A stretch of DNA of 64,000 nt. It comes from the human T2T-CHM13v2.0 reference genome, Homo sapiens. Location of the stretch: assembly GCF_009914755.1 (NCBI RefSeq), contig NC_060938.1; one strand, given 5' to 3'. Made by a program: the position numbers and the translations under genes. Below, piece after piece: positions 13,315-28,433 of this stretch. Within the stretch, counting starts at the first letter, position 1. Each line of letters begins with the position of its first letter. The notes beneath the pieces are model-generated. The model was not told where the DNA came from. It worked only from the letters and a program-made list of their open reading frames with translations, and made no database searches.

Positions 13315-14663
13315 TCTTAAACTACTTTCAATGAAAGGGTCCTAGTTCTAAGATTTAATGAACACATTCTTGAACCCCCATCCAAATATTTGGATTTTTG
13401 TAAGCTTTGAACATACTGCCTCTCAGCGTTCATCTTTTTAGATAGAAGAGAATCATCCTATTGTCATTTGGGGGGATCACCACTCTTTTAAATAAAATGA
13501 TTTGTCTTCTTTATTAGACCATTCTTTGATCTGCAGTGGTTGAACCACACATATTTATACATAACACATCATGTATGTGTGTCCAACTTAGTGATCTGTT
13601 GAATTAACTTTAAAATCATTTTGCGTCCCCTCTAAAAGTTCTTTCTCTAATCTTTTTAATCTTTTATAAATTTCACTGACAAGAATAATGTTAATTTTAA
13701 TGATAATCAGGGCTGAAATTTATTTCTGAAAACATAAAATATTTGTATTCATGTTGTGATTCATTTTGGATACCATCAGGTGTTATATCCCAAATTTTGG
13801 ATCATATCATCAAGAGTAGATACTTTAATTTATAAGGTCTTCATGAGTAAACTGAAATTTTTTATCCCTAATTATGTCACTTAAGAAATTAAAGGAGGAA
13901 ATATATTTAAGGACGGAAGCAAAATGTGTGTGCTTTAATGTTTAATGGTTGGAAGTAAGTGTTTAAATAGATAATAGGAAGAGGAGTTTACAAGTTTAAT
14001 AAACCTCTTTGTGATAAATTTGCTCCTGGGTTTTCTGTCCCAAAGTAGGCTATTTTTCCTTCATGGAAAGCTTATTACGTAATTTTACATAATTATTAGA
14101 AAATACGACTGTCACAGGACAGCTGATTCTCATTCTCTAAGGGTATTATTAACTCTTAACCATGAGCTTTAAGATAACTAAAATGCACCCTAAATGTGTC
14201 ATACAAATAAATTAAATTTGAGATAAGCTGTCTTTAGCTATTATTTTTCTTTCTTTGGGGATCCCAGTATGAACCCAAAATGACAATTTATGAAGTTGTT
14301 AAGCCACAATTCACATCCACTAATTGCTTTATATGGCTATACATGACGATGCATGTTTGAAGTTTATATCATTTATGTAAATTCCTAGATCTAGTACACA
14401 TTATAGAGAAAAATCTGTATCTTACCCATAGGAACTTCTCTAGAGCCCCTCCTTTTATCATGCTATTTAAACTCACACCTGGAGTAGCCACCTCGCCTCT
14501 CCCTTTGTTATTCCATGAAGAGTCATTTTGAGTCTCACTGAAACTATGATAATGGAGTGGGAATGGAATAGGACTAAAGATTCTGGAATCAGAATGTCTG
14601 GGTTCAACTCCTGTCTCTGACTCCTAGCTGAGTGACCTTAAATAAGGTGCTTAACCTCAGCTA

Positions 14664-15086
<423 letters not shown>

Positions 15087-15362
15087 TTAATTCCAGTTGC
15101 TAATAGAGAGCTGGGACAAGGAGGTATAAATGCAGCGGCTATGTTAGAAGCATCTTATAGCATGGCTCATTGAGAAAAGGTGAAGTAGTATATGGAAAAA
15201 AAGGAGTCTGGCCCTTCATCCCTGCCAGAATCTTTATGACCTCAGATGAATATAGGAGTATCGTAAAATGATTTGGAGCTACCAGGTAAGATGTTGTGGC
15301 CTACTGATAAATAACTGTCTACAGGTTGAGGCGTGTGTTACATAGGGTAGAAATTTTTGTGG

Positions 15363-15661
<299 letters not shown>

Positions 15662-18639
15662 TAGGGTAGAAAATTTTAAGTAACCTTCTAGGCGAGGAAG
15701 TGGCAGAAGTCTTCCTTTGTAAATTCTAGTCCAAGTTCTAAAGAAAGTTGTCATGATACTGTCTTTGTTTTAAGCTCAAATGAGAAATTGTATGAGAAAC
15801 ATAATGTCAAGTATCAAATCTGTACAAAGCATTGTCTTTTAAAGCAATGGCAAGCCAAAGCCTACTTCCCACCATATCAGACATCTCCTCCTTGCCCTGT
15901 TTGCTACATGTATCTTCTTCCCTCCTCCCACTTGCATGCTCTGTTAGTTAAGGTTTCATGCCTTTTGCTTCATAGTTCTTTTTCTTCATTTATGGATATC
16001 CCCTCTTCTTCCCAATTAAACCCAAAAGGATAAAATATAGCCATTTTTTTGAGTAATACCTTTACACTATTTGTTTCAGCTATGCCACCAGAAGCTATAG
16101 ATTGTAAAGTATTAATTAGCTCTCTTTCTAGAGATTTTACACAGCGCAAAAGGAAGGGAGAGTGGAGTGACCTATGTCAGATCATCAGTAGCAGTGACAG
16201 TAGCAGCTGTGGTTTGGCACATAAGACCATACTCCACACCCCATCATCTTTCTTCCACAATGGAAGCAGAGGCAGCTGGGGAAGAAGATACATTGTGCAG
16301 TCTGAGATGGCAGCAAGAGTTAAAGATGGGAGTGTGATGGTAGGGTGACCGTTGAAGCTACTGGTACTTTTTAGATTGGTGGAATTTATGATACTAGGGA
16401 GATTTGCTGCTCCAGTTCCTGTTTTAGTAGGCTAAGATGTACGTCTGTTTTATCAGCAATTTGTACAGCACTTTAGCTATGCAATACTAAATTAAGCTAT
16501 ACAGTGTTACACTAACTGCCCTCTTTCCTCATATTCCATAGAAATCTTAAGTGTTTTGTTTTTGCTTCCTTTAACATGACTCTGCGTTTTCATTTTCTTC
16601 TCTTACGATGTGGCCAGAATTTCTACTTAATAATTCTTATATCTTAGGGTATTGACCTTTACGTATAATGAAGAAACCCAATAGGTCTCCCTGATTTAAC
16701 ATAATTGGATGATAATTTAGCAGAAAAATTACAAATAGCCTTAAAGCCATTGTGAAACATCTCATTCGTAACTCCTCAAGTATGCTAATTACAGAGGCAG
16801 CTGTAAAATTCACCCAGAGCAAAAAGGAATCCAGTGTGCTGACTGACAGCTTCATCCTGCGAGATCCTGATGGCATACCTGCTTATTCTAGTCGTTTCTT
16901 TCAAGGGGGCATGACATGTAGTGAAGGAATAAGGGGAACTTAAGAGTGGAATTGTGATTTTTTTTTTTTAAATAGGGCAATGGAGGAAAGTGAGGCTGGA
17001 ATTTAGCTCTTGGGTAAATTTGATGAAATTAAGCCTTGCCTTCCTACTGCTTTCTGTTCCTATATTCTTGTTTCTTGCCAATGAAGAGAAGCTGTTCTAG
17101 TATCTTTGTGATCCTTTGAGCCGGAAGGAGGTTCTAAGTTAGGAGAAAGTACTAACTTATTTAAAAAAAATAGAACAAACAAAAAAACTCCCTCAAACGT
17201 CTAGCCATGGACTCATAGGGTCTTATGAATCATCAAAGAGACTGTTGGCAGTATCCCCTTTATTAGCAAGCTGTCTGTAGTCTGCAACTTCTTGGCAAAG
17301 CAACTTTTATATGTTTATAAGTTAAATGGCTAAATTTGTTTTAGAAATATTAAGAGTGACTTCAGGGAGCCTTCTGTTTAGTGGCATGAAGCAAACAAAT
17401 CTCTTTTGTCTTTTTTCTTTTGACACTGTCCTGCCTGCCTCATCCTGAACTGCATAACTCACTAAGATATTACCTGTTTTCCATTAGCCATTCTTTTAGT
17501 CCCCAACCCAGAGTTAAGTCTGTCAGAATATCATTGAGATCAGTTAACCATAAGTTTAGCTGCCTTTGCAAGGCATGTCTGTTGCTATTAAAAGCAGCAG
17601 GCACCTCATGAGAATGCTGCCCAGTCATTCCCAGAGTGTGATATGCTAATTCTTAAGAATGTTGCTAACACTGCACTATGTTTCATATGATTCAATTTAG
17701 AACTTTTTATTCAATTGGTTGGAGGCTTCAAGTTGACAGTAATAATAGTCTTTCAAGTTGTTGACTAAGTAGAGCAGTGATAGAATTCATATGACATAGA
17801 ATTCATATGACAGGCCATAGTTGCTCATTCAAGTCCAAGAAGAGATCTCTACAGGCCACAGTGGCTGAAAAACAACAGGAAAGTAGCCTAGATGTTCACT
17901 TTTTAATAGTATAACATATCTTTCCTCCCTATTTTAAGTGAAAACAGATCTCTGTCATTAAATGAGGATATAAATATTTATGTCATCATTGTTGAAATCC
18001 CAAAGAATAGACCTTACACATTTCTGTGTTCATTTTAAATGGCCGTCTTTTGTGTCCAAGTTAAATTTAAAAAGCTCCCTCATCCCTCTAAAGGTCTCAC
18101 CATAGCTAGTTAGCTTTCAGCCTTGATCTCCTTTTACTCTTGCCTCCTCTAAAAACTTTTTGATAGTTCTCTAAGAACCTAATCGGAGTCATACTTGGCA
18201 ATACACTGTTAAAGAAAATGTGTATCCTAGAAGTCCAGATAGTCTTTGTAGATATAAATTAAACATACAAATCCCTTGCTGTAATATGAGCAGAAAGTGT
18301 TACTGTTTTAGACAAGTAGCTGCTATTCTGTGTTTCAGTACAGAACAGGGTTTTGGTCAAATCAAGGTAGTGATGACAGAATGTCAGAACTTCACGGTAG
18401 CTAGGAGTCCCTACTCTTCATTGTAGTCATTTATTGAATATTTTGAAAAGGTAAAAACTGCTCATTGTTTTATTGTCTGTGGTAAACAGCATGAATTAGA
18501 TATACTTTGGGCATAAAGTGCTCACTGAAATGGGGTCCTTTCATATATTTTTCAGATAATATGATATTTTGGCAAATAATCTCTTCCTAGATCAAACTAT
18601 AGCTGGCTTATTGAGAATTGTTCAGCAGAATCGTCCCCA

Positions 18640-18925
18640 AAATAAAGAACTAACATTTTCTGAGAATTACTTTGTGTCAGCCATTGTGCTAAGCTTTCTA
18701 CATGTAACATTTTATTTCATCCTTAAAATAACTTAATGAGTAAGATACTATTATCAGTCCCATTTTATAGATGAGTATGGTGCTAATATTAATGCCATTT
18801 TCCAGATGAAGAAACTGGGATGAAGTTAAATATAACTTCTTCAAGGTCACACAACTGGTAAGTGATAGAGGATTTGGACACCAGTTTTTGTGATTCCAAA
18901 GCCCATACTCTCAGCCACTACATGC
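18640..18925 (-). mobile_element. MIR remnant(s)
   Basis: cccattttatagatgag, ttttccagatgaagaaactg and aaggtcacacaactggtaagtgatagag are MIR core motifs. Confidence 0.7.
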
Positions 18926-19112
18926 TACAGTCAAAGACTGCATGCATAGGCATTTGCCTTAGTATATTTTGCTTGATGTGCCTCTCTGCTCCAGCCTCCA
19001 GCAAGACTATGGGTTTCAGCGATCTCCCCTTTGCTAAGGGCAGATAAGAGTGTTACCTGTCCTTAGTAAAGAGAATGAATGACCTTATAAAACAGGATTA
19101 TTAACCAGAGGA

Positions 19113-19459
19113 GTGTCAGTCCGTTTGGGCTGCTATAACAAAATACTATAAACTGGGTGGCCTATAAACAACAGCAATTTATTTCTTGCAGTTCTAAAGA
19201 CTGTTGGCACCAACAGATTCAGTGTCTGATGAGGGCCTGCTTCCTTATGGGTGATACTTTTTTGCTGTATCCTCACATGGTAGAAGGGGCAAACAAGTTC
19301 TCTGGGGTCTCCTTTAAAAAGTTATTAATCCCATTCATGAGGGTTTTGCCTGCTCTTATGACTTAATTACCTCACAGAGACCTCCTAATACCATCACCTT
19401 GGGAAGTAGGGATTTCAGCATATGAATTTGGGGGGAAAATAAAAATTCAGACCATAGCA
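19113..19459 (-). mobile_element. MaLR solo LTR (MLT1A0-like)
   Basis: agtccgtttgggctgctataacaaaatac...cctcctaataccatcaccttggg...attcagaccatagca. Confidence 0.8.
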
Positions 19460-19709
19460 TGGAGACAGACTTGAAAATGTTCCTGAAATAATCAGTAATA
19501 ACCATATTAATTCATGTTGAACGGGGCTAGTTTGTACTGATTCTTTATAAATGTATAGTGCTAACTTATGTGTGATTTTTACATATGAAACGTTTTCTTG
19601 CTGGAAGGTTGGTATGGTGTATTCTTTTAGAGCCTTAAAGTCTTGATGGAATGGCAGGGCTCTCTTGATTAAACTGGCCATACTTAAATTATTTTTTAAA
19701 AAATATAGA

Positions 19710-21787
19710 TTCCAAAATGGCTGAACTAATTTACATTCCCACCAATGGTGTACAAGGGTTCCCTTTCCTGCACATCCTCGCCACCACTTATTATTGTCTT
19801 TTTGGTAATAGCTATTCTAACAGGTGTGAGGTGATAACTCATTGCAGTTTTAATTTGCATTTCTCTCATGATTAAAGAGCATTTTTTTCCATCTATCTGT
19901 TGACCGTTAGTATCTCTTCTTTTGAGAAATATCTGTTCAGATCCTTTGCCCATTTTTAAATTGGATTATTTGCTTTCTTGCTATTGTTGTTTGAGTTGCT
20001 TATTATTATAGATATTAGCCCTTTGTTGGGTGTATGGCTTGCAATTTTTTTTTCCAATTCATGGATTATCTCTTCACTCTCGTTTTCTTTGCTGTACAGA
20101 ACGTTTTATTTTGATTCAGTTCCATTTGTCTATTTTTGCTTTTGCTGCCTGTGCTTTTAGAGTTCTTTCCAAGAAATTGTTGCCCACACCACTGTCATGA
20201 AGCTTTTCCCGTTTTCTTCCTATAGTTGTATAGTTTCAGATCTTAAAGTCTTATAACCATTTTGAGTTGATTTTTATATATAGTATAAAAGTTCAGTTTC
20301 ATTCCTCTGCATTTCCAGTTTTCCCAATACTGTTTATTGAAGAGATGAGCCTTTTTGCATTGTGTGTTGGCACCTTTGTCAAAACTCAATTGACCATAAA
20401 TACTTGGGTTTATTTCTGGGCTTTCAGTTCTGTTCCATTGGTCGATATGTCTGTTTTTATGCCAGTACCATCCTGTTTTGATTACAGTAGCTTTATATTT
20501 TCAAATCAAGTGGGTCTGGTGCCTCCAGCTTTGTTCTTTTTGCTCAAGATTGCCTTGACTATTTGGGTTTTTTAGTGAATTCATACATATGTTAGGATTG
20601 TTTTTTCTATTTCTGTGAAAAATGACATTGGAATTTTGATAGGGATTGTATTGAATCTGTAGATTGCTTTGGATAGTGATACGGTTATGCTTTACATCCC
20701 CACCCAAATCTCATCTTGAATTGTAATTCCCATAATCCCCACATGTCAAGAGACCTGGTGGATGTAATTGAATCATGGGGGTGGTTTCCCCCATGCTGTT
20801 CTAATGATAGTGAGTTATCACAAGACCTGATGGTTTTATCAGGGGCTCTTCCCTCTTCACTTGGCACTTCTCCTTCCTGCTACCTTGTGTAGAAGGTGCC
20901 TTACTTTCCCTTCGCCTTCTTCCAGGATTATAGGTTTCCTGACGCCTCCCCAGCCATGCTGAACTGTGAGTCAATTAAACCTTTTTTCTTTATAAATTAC
21001 CGAATCTCAGGCAGTTCTTTATAGCAGTATGAAAATGGACTAATACAGATAATGTGGACATTTTAATAATATTAGTTCTTCCAATCCATGAACATGGTAC
21101 ATCTTTTTTTACTTATTTGTCTTTTTAATATCTTTTGTCAATATTTTATAAGTTTTCAGTGTATGGATTTTCACCTCCTTGGTTAAATTTCCTCCTGTTT
21201 TATTTTTTGATGCTATTGTAAATGGGATTGTTTCCTTAATTTCCTTTTGGAATAGTTTGTTGTTAGTGTAGGGAAACACTATTGATTTTTGTATATTGAT
21301 TTTGTAACGTGCAACTTTACTGAATTTGTTCATTAGTTCTGACAGTTAAATAAGCCAGTCACAGAAAGACAAACACTGTATAATCTCACATGTGATATCT
21401 AAAAACGTTGATCTCATAGGAAGAGTAGAAAGGTGATAATCAGTGCCTGCTGCGGTCGGGGGATGGTGTGGGAGGGGATGGGGAAAGGAGAGATGTTGAT
21501 GAAAGGGTACAAAGTTTCAGTTAAACTGTAGGAATAAGTTTTAGTGGTCTGTGGTACTGCATGGTGACCACAGTTAATAATAATGTATATTTCAAAATTG
21601 CTAAAAGAATTTATTTCTAATGTTCTGATTACAAAAGAAGGATACGTTGGTGAAATAATGGGTATGTTAATTAGCTTGATGTAATCTTTCTACAACGTAT
21701 ATAAATATCAAAACACCACATTGAACCCCATAAAAATACATATACAATTATTAATTTTCAATTCAAAATAAATTAAAACAAAACAAA
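19710..21787. mobile_element. L1MA-type element with 5' inversion (19710-21345 minus; 21346-21787 plus)
   Basis: Antisense ORF2 remnants (REMQIKTAMSYHLTPVR, NKFSKVARYKINIQKS) are joined directly to a sense L1MA 3' end (aaataagccagtcacagaaagac...tacaattatt...caattcaaaataaa). Confidence 0.8.
20677..21047 (+). mobile_element. THE1 (THE1D-like) solo LTR nested in L1
   Basis: tgatacgg...ccccacccaaatctcatcttgaattgtaa...ggactaataca with 5-bp TSD gatag/gataa. Confidence 0.9.
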
Positions 21788-23352
21788 TATGTAGGTTTCA
21801 TAAAGTAGGATGTAGTATAAGTAATGAGTAAACACTAGGGTCTGATCTTGGCCGTTTTATTAACAATATTACCTTTGAGAATTTCTTTTAATCTCTCTTA
21901 GTCTATTTCCTCTGTAAAATGAAAGTTTGAATAAACCTTTGTTTCCCAAACTCTGAAAGATTACTAGAGATGATTTTAGGTGGCATATGAGATTACTTTA
22001 GGCAGTGCCTTGATAAAACATTAAAATAAACATTGAATCACATAGTAAGAAAGTTACTCCTTTTTCAATCTTTCTGATTACATCAAAAAGAAAGTCTCAG
22101 TTTGGTATTAAGATATCTTTAATAGTTCTCTAACACTGGATAATTGTTTGGTTGTGGGGGTAGGGTAGGGGTGAGAGTGAACAGGTACTGTGAATTTTAT
22201 ACTCCTCAAGAGTTTCCACATGAGAGTCACACAGAACAATGAAAGTAAGAAGAAAAAAAGTTTCTACAGAAGCGAAATTAATTCCCTTAGAATGAAAAAG
22301 TACAGAAATGCTTTTTTGCTCTTTCTGTTGACCTCATTTCCCTTGCACTTGGAACAAAATCAATGTGTTATCCAACTGGCACGTTTGGCAGGAGGAACCA
22401 AACGTGTGAGGCACAGCCGTTTCTGACTTCTCTCATGGTGTGGCCCATACTCAAGGCACTTCTCTTCTACCATGTAATAGGCTTTGGTTGACAAACTTTG
22501 CTTAGGACAGGATGGCAACTGTGAGAAAGTCCACGAAGCCATAAATCCAAACCACAAAATCACATTCTGCAATTCATCGACATTGGTTATCAAGCTGATA
22601 TTTTGATTGTCATTTTATTTCTCTCTCTTTTTCAGTTGGTTTCAAACTCTTAGGAAATGTAAGAGGAAAAGCAGTTATTACCCTTTAAAACCTCACTAAT
22701 AATCTCCCTTTTTAACCGAACTTCAGCTTAGAGTTTTCCATAAGCAATGGTATTCATATAGAATTTAATAACATGTTTTTTTCAGTGAATTTATATTTAT
22801 GGTTAACATCTATAAAAGAAACTCATTTAAGTTTTAAAAGATGAATTGGCTTTTAAAATATTAAATAATACATATGGTACATGGATATAAAAATCATAAA
22901 GATGGTACACAAATGACTAAAATTTAGAAAATACTGAACAAGATTATTTGTGAGATTTCTTTTAGATTAAAATTCTTTTGCATGTATATTTGAATAGAAT
23001 ATATAATGTTATATGGTAAATCAAGTAAAAGAAGGGCTTTCTAACATAGCATGTACTATGTTATTTTCTTTCATTTTGAAATATGTTGTTATTGAGGAAA
23101 TTAAGCTTTTGTTCTATGCCAATTTTCTTCTATAAGTGTAAATATCTTTTAGTAGTTTACTAGACAGTAGCGTGTATCTTTTTGATAGCATATTTGTTGG
23201 TGATGATTTTTTTTTAATCTATTTTTCTTTCATTGAATGCAGTCTAGTCTGGATGAGGGTTTTGAACTGGAAATCTTGAGTAGTTATTATTTAGAGGTGA
23301 AGAATCATGTCATCACTGTATACCCTTTCTAGCACAGTGTTCACGTAGTAGT

Positions 23353-23777
23353 TGTTTTAGCTCGTTTTGCATTGCTATAAAGTAATACTCAAGGCTGAGT
23401 AATTTATAACAAAAAAAGATTTATTTGGCTCATGGCTCTGCGGGCTGTGTAAGAAGTATGGTGCCAGCATCTGCCTCTGGTGAGGGCTTCAGAAAGCTTG
23501 CACTCATGGCAGATGGTGAAGGGACATGGCAAGAGAGGAGGGAAGAGAGAGAGGGGTGAGGAAGATGCTGGGCTCTTTTTAACAATCAGTTCTGCTGAGA
23601 ACTAGTAGAGCAGGAACTCACTCATTACCTCTAGAACAGTACCAAGTCTTTCATGAGGGATCTGCCCCTATAACCCAAACACCTCCCACCAGGACCAGGC
23701 CCCACCTCCAGCACTCCAACACTGGGAATCTAATTTCGACATGAGATTAGGAGGGGGCAAATGCCCAAACTGTAACA
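23353..23777 (-). mobile_element. MSTB-like solo LTR
   Basis: tgttttag...gcattgctataaag...ggtgccagcatctgc...catgagatt...aaactgtaaca with TSD gtagt/gtaat. Confidence 0.85.
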
Positions 23778-25032
23778 GTAATGATCACTAAATATTTAAA
23801 CAAGTGAATGAATAAATGAATGAATAAAGAATAAAAAACTGAGTTCTCTGTCTTAAATATGTGGGCAGTTTTTATTTCTTTCTTAAAGCTGTTAATGGAG
23901 CAATCTGTAAGGAAACTGAGGCCTTGGGTTAATCAGAAGATAACACTTTCATATAAGTAAAATTTGGAGCTAGTTACACTGAACATTTAGAATAACCTTG
24001 CTAGGAAGAAGTTGTTAAAGGAAGGCAGCCCTACTAATTTTGCTTTTACTTACAGGAAGCTGAATTTATGGTCATATATGAGACTAGGGTTTTCCTTCCT
24101 TTCTCTCTTTTTTATAACAAAAAAATTCTCCTTCTTGCTCTTTCATTCTTCTTTTTCTTACATGCATGTACTATATTTCTGATCATCTTCACCTCAAGGA
24201 AAGCACCCCAGTTTTCCTTACATTAGGGGAGACTATTACAGCTTAATTTAAAATGCAGCTAATTATTTACTCTTATACTCTTAATTATAGTTTCTTGTCT
24301 GATAAAGGTGCCCACCTCTTAACTGGCACCCTAGATGAACTGCAGTACTGATGGTGAATTATTTTACTGCCATTTATTCAGGCAACAAATGTCATGTTTC
24401 AAAGATTTTGTTCTAAGAATCCTAAAAGGAGTTTTATATATCAGAGGGAGAGAATATGAAGAAGTTATTAGCCAAACTGACTTTCTAATAACCATGTAGT
24501 TGGCTTGATTGACTATATTATATTCCTAGATCATTTCATTTATTTTAAAACATTTTGCATATATACAGGAAAACAATTTGAAGACTGTGTTTTGTTCTGG
24601 TGAATACATTTTAAACATATTCTAGGTTTATTCTTTACAAGTACATTATTTCTTTAATGGTACAGTGATTTTTATTCTAATTCATTATAGTCAGAGACAT
24701 CTTAACTGGAGTTATTTTGTATGTTCAGGTTAATATTTTTTGTTATCAAAAATTTAACTTAGTACATTTTATGGTAGTGAAATATTTCTGGTATCTTTGG
24801 GTCTCGTAGTTACTACTATGTGGTCGTGAATATGTAAAATAAACTCGGTGCTGGCTATCACATTTTGGATTATACTTATCATTGGATTATAAAGGTGATA
24901 GAACATCAGTAACATTCATGATTTATGGAAATTTAATTCTGAAAGTAATCATAATCTGTAAAAATTAGCATCTAGTCTCTGAACTTTAGAGTTCAAGGTA
25001 AAAAGCAATACACATTCTATTATCATATTTGA

Positions 25033-25360
<328 letters not shown>

Positions 25361-27036
25361 TGAAAATATAGTTTTTTCTTTTTAATTTTTGAAAAAATTC
25401 TGTGGGTACATAGTAGGTATATATATGAGGTAATGAGATATTTTGATACAGGCATACAATGCATAATAATCACATCAGGGTAAATGGGGTATCCATCACC
25501 TCAAGCATTTATCCTTTATGTTACAAACAATCCAATTATATGTTTTTACTTATTTTAAAATGTACAGTTAAATTATCATTGACTGTAGTCACCCTGCTGT
25601 GCTGTGAAATACTAGGTCTTATTTTTTCGACTTTTTGTACCCATTAGCCATCCTCCCTTACCCCCCACCTCCCACTACCTTTTCCAGCCTCTGGTCACTG
25701 TCATTCTACACTCTATCTCCAAGATTTCAATTGTGTTAATTTTTAGCTCCCACAAATAAGTGAGAACATGCCAAGTTTGTCTTTCTGTGCCTGGCTTATT
25801 TTATTTAACACAGTGACCTCCAGTTCCATCCATGTTGTTGCAAATGACAGGGTCTCATTCTTTTTTATGGCTGAATAGTACTACATTGTGTATATTTACC
25901 ATATTTTCTTTGTTTATTCATCTGGACACTTAGGTTGCTTTCAAATCTTGGCTATTGTGAACAGTGCTGCAGTAAACATGGGAGTTCGGGTATCTCTTTG
26001 ATATACTGATTTCCTTTCTTTTGAGCATATACCCAGCAGTGGGATTGCTGGATCATATGGTAGCTCAATTTTTAGTTTTTTTGAGGAATGTCTAAACTGT
26101 TCTCTGTAGTGGTTGTACTAATTTACATTCCCACCAACAGTGTATGAGGGTTCCCTTTTCTGCACATACTTGCCAGCATTTGTTATTGCCTGAATTTTGA
26201 CATTTTTTCTGGGGTTAAATGATACCTTGTTGTAGTTTTTGATGATCATTGATGCTGAGCACCTCTTCATATACCTGTTTCCCATTTGTACATCTTCTTT
26301 TGAGAAATGTCTAATCGGATCTTTTGCCCATTTTTGATTGGATTATTACTTTTATCCTGTAGAGTTGTTTGAGCTTCTTTTATATTCTCGTTATTTATCT
26401 CTTGTCACATGGGTAGTTTGCAAATATTTTCTCCCATTCTGCAGGTTGTCTCTTCATTTTGTTTATTGTTTTCTTTGCTGTGCAGACTTGAGTCGGTCCC
26501 ATTTGTCCATTTTTGCTTTGGTTGCCTGTGTTTATGTGGTATTACTCAAGAAATCTTTACCCACTCCAGTGTCCTGGAGAGCTTCCCCAATGTTTTCTCT
26601 TAGTAGTTTCATAGTTTGAGGTCTTAGATTTAAGTCTTTAATCCATTTTGATTTGATTTGTGTATATGGTGAGAGATAGGGGCCTAGTTTCATTCCTGAG
26701 CATATGGATATCCAGTTTTCCCAGCACCATTTATTGAAGAGAGTTTCCTTTCCTCAGTGTATATTCTTGGCACCTTTGTTGAAAATGAGTCAGTGTCAAT
26801 GTATAGATTTGTTTCTGGGCTCTCAATTTTATTCCATTGGTCTATGTGTCTTTTTCTATGCTAGAGCCATGCTGTTTTGGTTACTATAGCTCCACGTTTT
26901 TATGCTAGTGCCATGCTGTTTTGGTTACTGTAGCTCCATAGTATAATTTGAAGTCAGATAATGTGATTCTTCTGGTTTTGTGCTTTCTGCTTAGGACAGC
27001 TTTGGTTATCCTGTGTCTTTTGTGGTTCCATATAAA

Positions 27037-27038
27037 TT

Positions 27039-27069
<31 letters not shown>

Positions 27070-27187
27070 GTAGCCACAGAGTCTCATTGTCTTTGCAAGG
27101 TTGGTCTCAAACCCTTGGCCTCAAGCCATCCTCCCGGTTTGGCCTTCCAAAGTGTTAGGATTATAGGCATAAGCCACCACATCCCCA
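27037..27187 (-). mobile_element. Alu monomer (FLAM_C/AluJ left arm) with (TTTA)n tail
   Basis: ggtctcaaacccttggcctcaagccatcctcc...ccaaagtgttaggattataggcataagccaccac. Confidence 0.8.
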
Positions 27188-28433
27188 TTTAAGTTTTAGG
27201 ATTTTTTTTTTCTATTTCTATGAAAAAGTCATTGGTATTTTCATAGGGATTGCATTGAATCTGTAGATTGCTTTGGATAGTATGGGCATTTTAACAATAT
27301 TGATTCTTCCAATCTATGAACATGGAATACCTTTCCTTTTTTTGGTGTCCTCTTCCATTTCTTTCATCAGTGTTTTATAGTTTTCATTGTAGAGATCTTT
27401 CACATCTTTGGTTAAGTTAATTCCTAGGTATTTAACTTTATTTGTAACTATTGTAAATTGGATTATGTTTTGGATTTCTTTTTCAGGTTGTTCACTGTTG
27501 ACATATAGAAATGCACTGATTTTTGTATGTTGATTTTGTGTCCTGCAACTTTACTGAATTTATCAGTTCTAAATTTTTTTTTGTAGAATCTTTAGGTTTT
27601 TACAAATGTAGTGTCATATCATGTGCAAACAACAAGAATTTGATTTCTTTCTTTCCATTTTGGACACCCTTTATTTCTTTCTGTTGTCTGATTGCTCTAG
27701 CTAGAACTTCCAGTACTGTGTTGAATAACAGTGGTGACAGAGAGCATCTTTGTTGTGTTCCAGATCTTAGAGAAGTGGTTTTCAGCTTTTCCCCACTCAG
27801 TAGGATATTAGCTGTGGATCTATGTATATGGCTTTTATTATGTTGAGATACGTTGCTTTTATACTCAGTTTTTTAAGGGTTTTTATCATGAAGAGATCTT
27901 GAATTTTATCACATGCTTTTTCTGCATCAATTGAAATGATCATGTGGCTTTTGTTCTTCATTCTGTTGATATGATATGTCTCATTGATTGATTTGCATAT
28001 GCCCAACCATCCTTGCATCTCTGGGATAAATCCCATTTGGTCAAGAATGATTGTTTCAGTTTCATTTATTTCTGCTCTGATCTTTATTCTTCTCTTTTAC
28101 TAATTTTGGGTTTGATTTGCTCTAGTTTTGTGGTTCTTTAAGATGCATCATTAGGTCATTTATTTGAAGTTTTTCTACTTTTTTGATGTAGACACTTACT
28201 GCTATAAACTTCTCTGTCAGTACTGCTTTCACTGTATCCCATAGGTTTTGGTATGTTGTGTTTCCATGATCGTTTGTTTCAAGAAATTTTTTTAATTTCC
28301 TTCTTAATTTCTTCATTGATCCATTGGTATTTAAGGAACATATTATTTAATTTCCATGTGTTTGTATAGTTTCTAAAATTTATCTTGTTACTGATTTCTT
28401 GTTTTATTTCATTGTGGTCTGAGAAGATACTTG

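Noticed and set aside
22380-22406. 9-bp hairpin cacgtttgg/ccaaacgtg
   Set aside because: Too short to exceed chance in 64 kb; no pre-miRNA-length stem or snoRNA boxes seen.
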